DNA of 64,000 nucleotides, from assembly GCA_030141605.1 (NCBI GenBank), contig JAQGDQ010000059.1:558001-622000 (forward strand), written 5' to 3'. The position numbers were made by a program, and so were the translations under genes. The notes below the pieces were generated by a model. The model was given only the letters and a program-made list of their open reading frames with translations, was not told where the DNA came from and did not search any database. This DNA comes from Tubiluchus corallicola. Lineage: Eukaryota; Animalia; Priapulida. Below are positions 13,801 through 28,400 of the stretch, piece by piece (position 1 is the first letter of the stretch; each line of letters starts with the position of its first letter).

Positions 13801-14406
13801 GTCTCTTGTGGTGCTACAGGGTTCTTTTGTAATTTGTCACAACTCATTTGTCTTCTTGCACAATATTTGTGTGACTTTCAGTAATGCATAGGTGAGTGGG
13901 TAACTTGCAAAAGACAAATAGTGTCTGATCACTACTTTTTCAACACATTCAGTCATCTGCATGTGCGTTTGTCAACCTTATCAAGAGAAAAATTAATAGG
14001 TGGATATTAAGATCTAGAGTGCATGTGCGACTGTGGCTCTGCATTCGCATGGTTATTAGATGTGTTAGTGGGTTGAATGGTCACAAGTGTGAATGAGCAT
14101 TTATTATTTCAGCTTGCTGTTTAATATTTATTTGTATAATAATTGTTGCCAGGGTTTAGCAGGAATATATATATATATATATATTATAGGTATATTTATC
14201 ATTCTATATATACATGTGAACTATGCGTAATCGTGAATTTGTGATTTGTACGTTATGCTAATCTTTATGTCCTGAGGATGTCTACTCATTGCACCTGTTA
14301 AGTCATAGATAGAAAAAGAAACTTGATGAAGTACATTCGGAAGTTCAAACATGGACTTCCGGTCTCTGTACTTCACCTTTAATATAAAAAAATCACTCGT
14401 TTACTC

Positions 14407-14412
14407 AATAAA
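14407..14412 (+). terminator. Probable distal polyadenylation signal of USP22
   Basis: AATAAA followed ~20 nt later by a GU-rich tract (cttgttgtgtctgctgttt) at the end of a long T-rich, UTR-like stretch. Confidence 0.45.
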
Positions 14413-15709
14413 ACTTTGTGCAGTCTTACTTGTTGTGTCTGCTGTTTATTTTGCACATAACTAAAGCACAGTATATTAACAGGTAAAACATATGCATTTT
14501 ATGTAATCAAAATAATTTACAGAATTTGAAAAAGACAAGTTTGCACGCTATGCACTGCAAACTAAAAATTTTCTGGCTAATGAGAAACAGTACTGAATTT
14601 AGGTTTTATAAAATCGAGCTGTTAGACGAATCCAAAGTAAGTTATCGTCTACATAGTTTGTCTAAGCACAAGCAGGGTTGCACTCTGCTAGTCACACAAG
14701 AGCAGAAAAGGTAGAGTCAGTTTTAAAAAACAAAAATGCCACGCGCCATTCGAAGTGGGAATTGCGGAAAACGCAGCACAGTCGTGGATGCCGGCGGCAC
14801 ACTGTTGCTACTGGCTTTAAGACAGCAAAGAATCTCAATAAGCCAATATAGAGGTCTACATTTGCCTCGTTGTTGTGTAATACCTCATACAGTCTATTTA
14901 ATTGTCAAAAGCTTTGACACCATTCATAAATTTAGAAAAAAATGGTTATTTCAAATTCAAATGGCATTAATCTTGTCAAAATCCAAAAGTTAAAAAGTTT
15001 CAATCAATCATAAAAGTTTATTATTTACACACTTTATTGTGAAAATAGTGTAGTACCCAATATAATTCAAGACCAATCTTCTAAAGAAGGCGGGAAACTT
15101 ATGTAGATCAAAAACGCCTCTTACTAGTAGTGTTTAAATAGTCTTGAACCAGTGGCCTGTGAACCTATCGCTGATTTTGTAAGCCCTGGTTATATTTTAG
15201 CTAGCTGAAAAATTATATCCCAGATTAACCCATTGTGTACGGGCTTTCGTGGACCTATTTGAAATTTAATCAGAGTAGGTATAAAAACAACTATAATAAC
15301 AGTAATAAGACGGCACACACTGTCTCCGTTACATATTCATATTAGAGCGTGTTGCAAATTAATTATGTTATGAATTAGTGTTAAAGTTTTTTAAAGTTTT
15401 TTTTTGCATTTTCAGTGTAGAACAAACTTGTATCATTATAAATCTTATTTTTTGACAATCATAAATTACAAAATTTTTCATTTGCCACAGGTCTTTGCAC
15501 ACTGTATATTTTTTGAAACATTGAATATTCTTCTCACGTAAAGATATTCAAACAGAGCTACTTTAAATATTTTTACACTGACAAAAACACCTTTCATCTT
15601 TTTGCCGGAGGAGAGCTCAAAAAATGGACAGCTTAAAACACTTCAGACTTAAAAACAAACAACAAACAGCTTTGCTTTTCACCGTTTCTATAAATTCGGC
15701 GCATTAAGA

Positions 15710-18700
15710 TCAGTGGAACGTGTTCTGTAATGCGGCTTCGATATCTCTCTTCTTTCTGTAGCAAGCGACTGCGTTGAACATGCATTTTATGTGGTATCCA
15801 TTACCTGGAAACAGAAAACAGTACATTGCAAAAAAAATCTAACTAGTTCATAGTGAACCGTTTTACCATGGATTGGTTTATTCGCTCGATTATTGTTACT
15901 TATTTTTAATAATGTCAATAACTTATCGCAAATGTTCATGTTAAGCATTAAATGCTAGGTAAAATAATATTATTCACAATCGCTTTACCGTGCGAAGCAA
16001 TGCCAATACCACAGTATAACCAAAGCATAAAATGTTCGTATTACACATATATAATTGATTTGCAAACGATTTCTAACTACACTATAGTAACATTTTCCTG
16101 TAATAAACTTGGAAAATGGAAAACTATGGTATCTATGCGAAAAGTTGGCTTCTATCTCATTTCAGTGAGAAACTTAGATACATATGTAGCTTTCTGCCCA
16201 AAACAAGTCAAGAAAACCTTAACATTCTGTGAAACAGTTTTTCAAAAGCTTTCACAATGTGTACCAAGCATGGTGACGAACTTTGGTATTTCTGACAGGT
16301 AATGGTAGAACCACAAAATTTCTAATTCATTGACTATTCTGCAGATTAACTAAACCCAAGCAAATCCCGTCTTTCTTTGCTGTGTGAAAACGCGAACAAA
16401 ATGTAACTCTTATTTGGCCTTAATCGTGCAACAGGTAGGATGCAAGATGGGTTTGTTAAAATGGGATAATTTGTGTTATCCCTACTTTATACAATTTTCG
16501 AGTTAAGCCTAACCTCTGAGCATTCACACAGTAGAGCTATCATTTTATAGTTTTATATACACTACTTAGTAGCACTACGGCCAAATCAGAGGGTACTTTT
16601 ACTGATAATTAGCTTTATAATTAACAACATTTTAAGCACGAAAAACAGATAGTTTATTATTTATTCAGGTAACAATAATAGTGGCTTATTGTTTGTGTGG
16701 CGAAATACAAAAAATTACAAAACAAAAATCAAAATCTATGGAAAGCACTTGGTAGGTTATACTCTCTTTAACTTAAGGTCATAAGTCTGACGATAATTTC
16801 TGATTTATTTAAAATAGTTAATTTGTTTTAATTTACTACATTCACAAAATTAATAATAAATGCTGTCAGTACAATCGCCCGTTTTCTACAGTATCTGAAG
16901 GATAGGCTTGCGAAAATACTCATTGAATTAATATAAGTTGAAGCTAATTTCACCTCATCATAATTTCAGTCAATCAAACGTGATTCAGTAACATAATGTC
17001 GTTCAGTCAAACGTATAGTGCACGTCTGCCTGTCTAATAATATGACACAAATGTCCTTCTGAGCTTTCAGAAATTCCTGCATTTCTATACGGTACGTATG
17101 CTTTATTCCAGTATTTTTATCCTGTTTTGTCAGTAGGTCGCTGCATTGTGATACTTATATTGTGACTCGTACTACCAGTGTTTACTGCTCATGTGTCTCA
17201 ATCTACTAAAATTCTCTTTGAACCTACAGAATGCCTTAGTAGTTGGTACAAAACTTAAAAGAAATGTAGCTTATCAACTAAATCTGCTTTTTTAAATTGT
17301 AAATCTACGTGTAATGGAAATAATTAAATTGTTAAAAAGCAAATTTGCTACAAAAAGGCTGAAATAACTATGCGCAAAATAAACAGCCTGTACTTAGTAA
17401 TCAATTACTGGTGGTTAGATGGGGATAATGATTGTGATCATAGCCATGTAAATCAAAGAACCGAACTAAACTTTTACACGAGTCTGACTAACGAATAAGA
17501 AGACGAAAAGATTTTTGTACAAGTCCAACTTAGAAAACTGCTGAAAATGTAGGTAACTGTAAAGAATTTTAAGATTCTGATGCTTTTACCTGCTCCTCGT
17601 TTATCCAAATCAGTTGGATCTGGTTTAACGAATTCCAATAAACCCGCTCTCCGCATCATGAGCGCCCTCAGTATATTGAGATCATCTTCCTGAAATAGAA
17701 AAATATCATTCTTCCAATTACCAGTAATATAACATACAATCATGACTATCCTATCATGAATGATTTTGCATCTTATTCTCTTATAATTCTCATCAACTAG
17801 TCCGTACCATAATCATGCAAATTTGTACCACAGATTGTTATTTACATAAGTTCATTCTCTCCAATCTGGTATCGACATCCTACAATTCCAACACCAGCTG
17901 CTACTTCACTTGACTTTATTGAAGGTAATTAGTGTCCTCTTATTAAGCTTATTATGGAATATTTAATTATTATGCAATCTCAGTTCTTTTAGTACTGCTG
18001 CTTGTAGATCATGGACGTGAACCTATCATGCGGGAAATGTTATATAGTCACTGTGTTATATTATCTTGTGTTATATTATAATTTTATTATGTTTCTCTTC
18101 TGCTGCTCTTGAACTTTTGTTAATTTGTTGACCTCATAGCTTTTATTAGCGCGACATTAAATAAAGATTAACATTGTTACTGTTGTTGCTGTCGTAATCG
18201 TCTTGACGTCCATAAGCCGCAAACTAGAATTAAGACAAAGCACCGGAAGGTCGTGAAAGATTTTGGTATAGAGAGAGCAGATGACATTATGTTGCACAAG
18301 GTTCGGAGATTGTAAAGACAGTCTGCTTATTATTTATTTGAATTTCTGACACGCAGTACAAAAAGCTGGATTCCGAGAACATGGGTAGTATGACCATAAA
18401 AAGGCCATACTATAGTGCCTCTCTCATCACCGCTTTTATCTCCGTATCATGGACTCCGTATCACGACAGCAACAACAGTAACAATGTTAATCTTTATTTA
18501 ATGTCACGCTAATAAAAGGTATGAGGTCAACAAATTAACAAAAGTTCAAGAGCGGCAGAAGATAAACATAATAAAATTATGATATAACACAAGATACTAT
18601 AACAATGACTATATATCATTTCCCGCATGATAGATTCACTTCCATGATCAACAACCAGCAGTACTGTTCTTTGAGCTTGTGGTATAACTGTGGAACAGAA

Positions 18701-19812
18701 TCCAGAACCTCCAGCATGGAAAGCAAGCACGCTAAACCTCTGAGCTATTCCAAAGCAAGCAATCAGCGACAACGAGGAGGAGTAAGAGGGCGAATAAGCC
18801 AATACAATGACAAGGCAACAGACAAAAGACAACAATAAAGACGATAGTGGTGACAAAGGTGAGTTAATGGAAAATGAATAAATGAACGAAGATATAATCT
18901 AAGACGATGCAGATGAAGACAATAAGGGAGCTTTGAAGAACATGTTGCTGCTCGGGCAAGAAACAAAAAGAAAATCTTCATTTGCAACAAAGGCTCCGGC
19001 AGGCGGACGCACTGACGCACGTACGTCCACAGAATTTCTTAAGAAATTTTTTTATAGCAAAATAAAGTTTTTTAGCAGTAAACCAAGACACACCAACCCC
19101 TATTTTGTTTGCGCAATCCCCGAGCAGTCAGCTGATTTGCATAGTGAAGTTATGTTTATGTATATCACTTACATAGTGTCGATTCTCCTACCGTTTTCTG
19201 TTGTGTAGACAGTTTTTAGCTAACTGTAACTGCACTTCTGCATTTAGGGGGTGGGTCCAAGAGGCCTGAGCCCCCCCCCCTTTCACGGTAGTAGTGAAAT
19301 TATGAGTCGCGAGTTTGAGGTGACATGAGTTTTAAACTAGTGAACTTGTCTGAGGAAATAGCTTCTAGCAACCGCAAAATGGTCTAAAATGCAGTAAAAT
19401 TGCATTTAGCTGTGTCCGGTGAGAAAAATTAGCTCGCACACAAACATATTGAATTTTGCATGAACAGTGGCTAGACTGTAAACTTAACAGCCTCAAATCA
19501 GCTTTATGTTTGACTATTCGCATTGCAGTGCATTACGAACTTGCTTTTGAGATATATGACTACTACAATAGAATACAATGAATATTACTTAGGTAAATGT
19601 AGGTGAAATATATTTATTAAAGCAGAATTTTTCACGTTTGAGGAAGTCTGTGTACCAGAATTTAGATTTCATTTGAGGCCTCCAAATTGTGCTTAAAAAC
19701 AGAAAAATGCGTTGGTGGTCCCGCAGAGCTGCTTGTGCGTCAATTTTTTTAAACTCGGGGGCGCCCATGTTTGCAACATCACTTTATAGTAATCTATTAA
19801 CCAATAATAATG

Positions 19813-19891
<79 letters not shown>

Positions 19892-22677
19892 CAACAACAA
19901 CAACAATAATAATAATTATAATAATTACAAGTAAAAGCGCTGGTTGTTAACTTTGTCCTAAAGATTAGTTTTTTGCTGTGTTACTTGACTCAGTTTTTAA
20001 GTAGAGTAATGATTGTTTCGTTATACGTATTTTATCTTGGTCTGCCTTGTTTTTCTGTTGGTTTTATATTCCGTAAGTTTTTCTTTTTGTTTATTTTTTG
20101 CTGCTTGTGTCAGTTATACGTAGGTATATACAAGTTATTCATGATCTTTTGCTGTGTTGCACAATAGGATCATATCATCTTTCAGGTATCGTACACATAT
20201 ATATATATATTACTAACAAAAAGTAATATGTTATATGTTGTGATTTTATCAATAATATGATAGCTGTAAAATATAAGTCTCTCACAAGCTACTAATAGCC
20301 CTACTAAGTTAACTAAAGACAATAATAATGTTTTATAAATAGGGGTGGCTGCTAGGTGACCATTATGGTCTTTAGCCACCCAGTCTCAATGCAATTATAA
20401 TGAACTCGGTATAATAAAATAGTATCTATGCATATGGAATCAGACAAATAAACTAACTAAACTAAACTAAATCTGTTAATATACAAATAATACCATTCAT
20501 GTAGAACATGAATAGTGCGAGGTGAGTTTTTGAACTGACGTAATTTTAAATCTGTTACCTGCAAAATCTATTTCTGCATATTAGAATAGTTTACCAAAAA
20601 TTAATTATGTGTGTTTAAAAAAGTTCGATGGGCCATTAGCTTGACAATTTCTGATTTTGATTGCGCAATTTCCTTTGGGTGATTACTGTAAAAAATCCAC
20701 TAATAAAGCCAGTCATTAAACAGTTTTGGGTTTCCTGTGTGTGTAGGCCATTTTTTGCTTTGTTTGTTTGTTTACTGTGTCAATTTCAAGTTGCTCGGTA
20801 ATTTCCTAACTTTCTGGAGAAAGTGCTTGTATCCATTCCCCCAAACCTCTCAAAATATACTGAGCTTTCAACGAAAGTGGTTATTAGCAGCTTATATCTG
20901 AGATGCCATGAACTACATCTTCATTTATGCAATTTCTAACAACCTGTCAAAGTCTTGCATACATGCAGTTCGGTCACATTCGGTTGCCTTTGACAAAGAG
21001 CGACGATATGATATTACCCGGCGTAATGTTGGCTGTTGTTTGTTGTTCCTCGAGCCGCAAGGTAGGATCGTCTACAAATTTTCTGATTATTTTTGCCTTA
21101 TGTGCAAGGCATAAAATGTTATTTTATGCGAATTCCTGTTATTATCGCCGTGGTGTCAAGGGCATACTGTCGGAATGATGACCTAGCGAGAGAACTCATT
21201 TAGTGGCTAGTTTAGGTCAAAAAATGGGAAAAGAAGAAAAACAAAATTGAAAGTGGCATTTCATTATTTTCTGACGGCTACTCAAATCACTGGGGAATGG
21301 CTGCGGTAAGCTGTGGGCTGGCCAAGGTCACTTACACAGCAGTGGATAAAGGCTTCATTTCCGTGGTCCTCAACCTAATCTACAAATCTACATTAAAGAT
21401 AAACGTCCCTTATATAGTTGAATATATACCATGTAATGTATAACATGAAAATGCTTGTTTTCTGGACATATGATACAATCAGCCTCGCATGGTGTGAGTT
21501 GTGGTACCTCAGACGAAGCAATCTCAAGACGAAAGTGACTGGCCAAACGCGATTTCAACTCACAGTATCTTCACGGTTCTTTTCTTTCAGCTAAAGCTTA
21601 TAGTCTCATATTTATTATCTTAATCGCACGTTTATTGTCCTAATATTCTTTCAACTTGTACAAGATTTAAGTCTTCACGGCAGCAACATGTGAAAAAACT
21701 GCAAAACTACAAGGAGAAATTATGTTTGGCTAGAAAACTTATAGTGCAGATAGAAATTATATTTCAGTGAGACCTTAAGTGGGTGACGGTGAAATGTCAC
21801 TTATGACGCAAAAACTTTAATAACTTATAATAGGGCCTACCAAGTGAGTGGCAAATTTTAATGGCTGGTCAACGAACTGGAGTAGTATGCCACGATCAAA
21901 GGTCAAGTAGTAGAAAAAACTGTAAAATAGTTGGGCAACATTAAAACCGGGATAACTTATAGTAGCAAACGGGAAACGGGTTCAGCCAAATTTGGGTGAG
22001 AGATTTTCGTAATTATTGGCCTTGGGTGAGTCTAACAGAAATAAAGGTAAAATTACAAAATAAGAATTGCAAAGAAATTGGCAACAATATGGGACTAACT
22101 CGTAACACTAGTGAGGATCAGATTCTAATGTGGTAATCGGCTGTGGCTAAGTAATTTAAGGCAAAATAAATTTTCTGCCTACTGCTTGAACCTAAAAACT
22201 GTGGAAAGCACAGATTTTACTAATCGTCAGTAATGTTCTCGTGTAGATTATAGTGTAGGTGCTCGAATAGTTTGGAATAAATGTCATATGTTGTCTCAAG
22301 TCTGTCGATCTTTTGACTGCACAGTGAACACAAGAACTGACGTTAACTTTAAATCTGGTATCAAACCTTAACAATACATCATTCTGCCTATGTATTGCTA
22401 CATATTATTTTTTTCTGATAATTATGTGGTTTCATTTTAATTGTTTGTCTTTTGTACCCAATGAATCATATTAGCATGTCTTACCAAGCAATTCAAATTA
22501 ATTAAAGGTGTCCAAATTTTTCAGTATTCTGGGTCTGTATTCTGATTTCTGATATGGATTATGTAATTTTCTGGGCGTGATCATAATTTTATTAGGTATT
22601 TTGCAATCCTAAGGTTACAAAAGGTTATATTTTATATACATATATGTATAATTGTATATATGTTGCAGATTTTAAAT

Positions 22678-22727
<50 letters not shown>

Positions 22728-25392
22728 ATTTGCGATCTGCCACTAGATGCAATAAGTTTTCATGAAGATGGTCATTATCTGTATGTTTCTAGGAATTCAA
22801 TTACAAAAAGGGAGTGAGTGAGAAGGTCAAAAGTCACTGGCAATAATGTGTTGGCCTGCCAAACTTGAATAATTCTTAATACCAGACGGCAAACATACTA
22901 TACAAAAACTCACAACGGAGTCTTCAGCATGAATTACGTATATAGCAGGAAAAATGCAGCACAAAGCCCCGTCTTTCGTGGTCCAACATCACTATGCATC
23001 TAATTAGTTAATTAGTGAATAAACACAAGTTAGACAGTAAACAAAATAAAAAAGCAGATTAGACGAACCGAATTAAAAAATCTCGGAATCTACAAATCCC
23101 GTCAAGTAGCACTAATGTCAGGACTCCAGGACCAACTTACAGAAAATATTAATATGAAGGACACTGTATTTATACAAGTAATGCTTGTGTGACATAATTT
23201 TTATTTAGGCTGAACAAGTAGACTATTTATCATCCATTATATATAGACTTTATGTCACACATTGTCACTTTATGTCATTTCTTTATGTTTGTCGTAGATC
23301 TCCACAAGCTTTCAAAACGAATAGAGAAATCGGGGCTAAAGTCAGAAAACACAGTAGATTCAAGAATTGATTTTATATTTGCATCAAGATATTGTGATTG
23401 AATGCCAACGTAACGTCAAAAGTTCGAGGCGGAAGATTTCGAAAAATTAATAAACTATGCGCCTTGCAAGCTTGACAATAATAATATAAAGCTCATTAAC
23501 TAAAAATTAATTCTACTCTACAGCGTAATTGTGATTTCATTTTTCGACGCATTTCCCAATTGCCGCCCATTCCAAGTCGTTTATCTGGGTTTACTCTGTT
23601 AATATTAGATCAGTTTATCTCCTCTCAGCCAGTCCTCTTACTTAATAATAGCTTGAAAGATGAGAGGCCTTTAATAATTGTTCAGCTCTCAGCAATTATG
23701 TTATAGCATTCAAGTTACAGTACACGTTGAATACGGTATTGACTCGAGGGAGCTTTGATCTAAGTGTGATGTTGGTATACAGTGATAATATAAAGCTGAT
23801 ACTCAGCGTTTAAAATACGTTTCTTTTTTCTTTTTTAATTTGCGTAAAGTCAAGTAAGCTAAGCAGTAAAAAAATTCTTGAGTACTGTGCTATACCGTAA
23901 TTAACAAACACAGAAACAACAAATAAACTAAACTAAATACTTAACAGTCCTTTTACGGTATATTATGTTATTAAGCAAAACGTTTCCCAAACTTTTGCTT
24001 AATAACACAAAAAGTCGTTTTGTTTTTGCAGATGTGCCTTAGCTCGATACTATTGTTTAATATTAGAAAAAACTGCACTCTCTATTAGGCTCAAATGCAA
24101 GACATAATTTTATAGTATAAAAGTGATGCAAGTCTTCTATTCCATGGTTTTCCCAAATAGCTACGGTATAACAACTTAGAACATTTTTGATTGGTTATTT
24201 GTTACTTAATTCGGTTAGGTATGCTTCGTAATGCTGATTAAGTTGCCTTTAAGTGGTGTTTATGTAGCATGTATTTATGCATCGATTTATATTGATTTCA
24301 ATGCACCCGTTTATGCAGCCTACGTATGTGCTATTCTTTTTCTGAAGCTATTGCCCTTTGATTTTTTCCGCAAGCTCTTCCGCATGAGGAAAACGCATCC
24401 GTATACCGCATGCTGCATAAACGCCACTCAAAGCAAAATCGGACCCAATCTTAAACTGTAGGTCAAAACAATCTGCTCTTTAAAATATTGGAAGGAAACA
24501 TACTAATTTTTCAAAAACGAATTATGTCAAAGAATTATTACCACACAAACACAATTTCGCGTTCACGCATATATTGTGTTCGCTCTTACACGCATTTTCC
24601 ATCACTCGCTAGTTAGACGGGCACTAGCGCCTACATTTCGGAAACGCATTATACAAAAACAGGTGCCGTACCTCTCATTTCAGATGTATTGGTTTCTGAC
24701 GAACTACGCACGTTCGACAGCTCATGCGTGAGCACAGCGGTAAATTTGAAATTGACTTTTTATCTTAAAACTTGTCTAGTCTTAGTACAACACACTGGAT
24801 ATCTTTTGTTGTATTAATTGTATTAAAATGTATACTTTTTATCGGATTTGAAAACGGGACAGTATACGAAAAATCATCCCGTCTTCCTTTAACAGCAAAT
24901 ACAGGGGCGCCATTGGTCAAAATCGCTATTGTCTGGTGCACTGAAGCTGCTTAACTGCTATTCACGTGCAGACAAGTTGCTGCAAGCAAAACGTACGTTG
25001 AAATAGTCTTTACTCTTTTTTTGTACACAACATTCAATTGAAGTGTGTGTTTAACATTGGATAAAAATCTCATAAGCTCATTATGCTGACTGTTTGTGGT
25101 GTATAAAACCGTGGTACACCAGGTTTCAGCCATGGTTGCTGTTGGCGTGCCCCTCTACATCGGGTCTCGCATAAAGGGGACCTCATGAGCGGTATAAAAC
25201 ATGTACACCAATCGGAGACGGTCAGTAAATGATATTACATTGCTTTATTTTTTTCATTTGTTTGGTTTTTGTCTCAACTTCTGTCCTGTCTTGCTCAGTA
25301 CTAATTTGTCTTGCCTTTCCTCTCCTTTCCTCTTCTGTCCTGTCTTGTCCTATCCCGCCCGCCCCGCCCCACCCTGCCCTGCCCTGCCCTGG

Positions 25393-25436
<44 letters not shown>

Positions 25437-28400
25437 GTCCTGTCCTGTCCTAGTTATATTCTATTCTTTTCTATTCTGCATTCTCCGTTCGGTTTCACTA
25501 TTCCATTCTGTTTTTCTTAGTTTATTTTTAAAGTCGATTGGTCTAGCTCTAGCTTATTTCGTTGTTTGTTCTTCTTTTAATGTTTGTGCAACGTCTATGT
25601 CCCCGGATTGCAGGACTACAGGTTATAAAAGATTAGGTAATAATGAAGAAAAGCACCTGTGACAACTACTTTTGTCCAAAAAACTAAAAGGTTTTTATTT
25701 TTACTGCACATGCCATCACTAAATAGCCTTCACACATTAGGCTCTTGTCTATGCCTCAAGGGAAACTATGCTTTGACGCTTGCTAAGAAAAGAAACAGAA
25801 TTCCTGATGAATTATCTTTACAGAGGCGATCACACGGGACACATTTGCAAACAATAATTTAATTTTAATTGACCAGAGTATACTGATTTCCGAAAAGAGG
25901 CCGAGAAAGGCCATCAGCGTGGCGTTATAACAGTCTCTAGCACACAAGGTCTTCTGAATAATGCATAATAATGTGGATATCAAGGGAAAACTAATGCATA
26001 GACATTGCTAAGGTACATGTTTTTCGCTGAGTCACCTGACAAAAGCACATGGTTCACGAAATCACAATCGATTCTCCGAACATCCGACAAACAAAACCAG
26101 GACTGCCATTGAGAGCTTTAAGCAAGTAACGTCCTTGTTTTGTCCAATGTTTTAAATCTTACGCGTTTTTTATCTCAAATACATTAAGATAGACGATGTG
26201 TTTCAAGAATATAATATTTCCGATAAATAACTTTAGGTGAAAAATGACGAAAGACAACAGATGACACTAAACAAATGTATGCATAGAATGTGGATTTCGA
26301 GCCTTCAATAAATTGGCAAAAAGATGGCAGGAAACTTCAAACAATATCAAGATATCGTAAAGCATGTAGCTCTTTGACGCTGTAATCGCTATTTTATTGA
26401 CAAAAAACTGATTTTCTGATGATGATGATGATGATGATGGTGATGATCATGATGATGATGATGATGATCATGACGACAACGACGGGATGATGGTGACGTG
26501 GTGATCATAATGATGATAATGATCAATTAAAAATGATAAATTTTTACTTGTACGTGTAATTGTTGCCTCTCTTTGCAGGCAGTTTTGGATTTCAGACAAT
26601 GCATTATATTGAAATTTGTAAAAAAATATGAAAAAGACATTCATACTCAGAATTCATTGTTCAATGCGTTTCGATTAAAACTGATTATCATCATTAAGGA
26701 CTATAACAAAGAACAATAACTAATTTAAATTATAACAAACTGCAAATTTTTCTTAATTGTTGTTTTTGTTACAGTTCCTGATTTTTGATGACGCGTTTGT
26801 AATCGAAACGCATCGGACAAGAAATTTAAAATACCTTTACTATTTGGTTTAATGGTTACTTGGAGAAACATGAAAAGTAGGTATATAATTTATCATTCAT
26901 AATTAAACTTCTATCAACGTCATCCTGTCCTCATACAAACACCGAGTCAGTATGTATCAATTAACCCAATCTTTTACACGTTGATAAAATAAACTTGCTT
27001 TAAATATAGTTACTATCCAGTACTTCTACCAACCGATTAACCAACTCTATGGGTATCTTGGCAACATGAGTCACTGTTTGTCCCTCTATTTGATTGACCA
27101 ATTGTATATATAAAAATAAAAGTTCAAATAAATTGTTGATAAGAAAAAATAAGCATTTTTTAATAAGCTGGTACTCGTTCAATTTTTGATTGTTTGAGTT
27201 AGGAAACTACACATCACTTTCTGCATTAATAAGAAATTAGGTTTTCGAGAAGCTACAGTATTTCAAGAAACGTTGCTGTAAGGTAATTAACACAATGACA
27301 AGATTGTAAACGATTTTTTAAAAATTGTAACATCAATCTGTCATATGTTCATCAAGCGCTTTCCCAAGCACAACAGCGATCTTCGATCAAACAAACTGTC
27401 AGTGAGATGAATAAATTTGAAAGCTCAATAAAAAATCATATGGAGCAAAATAGCACTCAAAAACCCTTCCTGAGCTTGATCTGATTTTTTTTAAGAACTT
27501 CCCGAATATTGTCTCGCTCAACAGCAAGGGCGAGTATCGAATGCACAACTAATGAGACAATTTCAACTTGCCGTAAAGTCAAAATAATTGCGAAAAAAGA
27601 ACTTTAGTTAGCAACTATTTGCTAGTTTTATGAATGCAAGGAGAAACATTTGCAGAGAATTACGACTCTGCTCTCAGAATTAAGAGTTAGATTTCACATC
27701 AATAGCAAGTCAAAGGCATCGCAATTGCACAAAGTCATATCCAAGCATTAATCTGATCTTGGCAAGCTCGATTGAAGTTAATGACGACTAAGCGTAGGTA
27801 TGCTTTGATCCGCAAGAGATGAGCCTGCTACTAGACCTCAACTAGCAGTTAATTTAAAGCTTTGTCCTATACAATACGTTGAAACAATTGAGCAGCGAGT
27901 GAAGAAGAAAGTGCTTTAATTTTTCAAGTATTCCACGTAGAGGTCGAATTTTGAGCAACAGGAGTGTTGTTTATTACCCGTAAGCACGCTATGTAGTTTC
28001 GGTAATTCGGCATTTGAGTCAAGTTTAAGCGAGCTACTAAAGTGGCGATACTATATCATTACTACGGAAAGCGTCGCGCTAAGGCTTGAACAACTTATTA
28101 AATATAAAATAAAAGATGCCATGGCGTATATATAGCGGACTTTTCTAATAAATGTTAAAACTGTGTTTGCCCGTTTCTTATTTAGAAGAATATTTCCATA
28201 GGGATTACTATAGGACTGGATTTTCATTGCCTGTACTGTGGAAATAGTCTCTCGTAGCAGGATTATTCACAACCCAATTTCTGTAAGAATTAGTACACAT
28301 ATTTTAATCTCTCAGAGATGAGAATAATTTCCTTACTTATTTATTATGCAACAATTATTATGGGACAAGACACCAATGAAAGCATTTGTATGTCGTCCAC

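Noticed and set aside
14326-14375. SECIS-like ATGA...AA hairpin
   Set aside because: The 3' strand pairs Watson-Crick (tca) instead of supplying the GA quartet, and the upstream CDS has no in-frame TGA.
18800-19050. Acidic, coding-looking stretch on the plus strand
   Set aside because: Multiple in-frame stops and no identifiable family; at most a decayed element.
19689-19934. Poly-Asn ORF
   Set aside because: Artefact of the (AAT)n microsatellite.
21335-21375. Possible extra AstC micro-exon (minus, VEDHGNEAFIHCC, GTAAGT donor, phase 0)
   Set aside because: Weak acceptor; the added cysteines are implausible, and the precursor reads well without it.
25201-25662. Pro/Cys/Leu-rich ORFs
   Set aside because: Generated by CCTG-type microsatellites.
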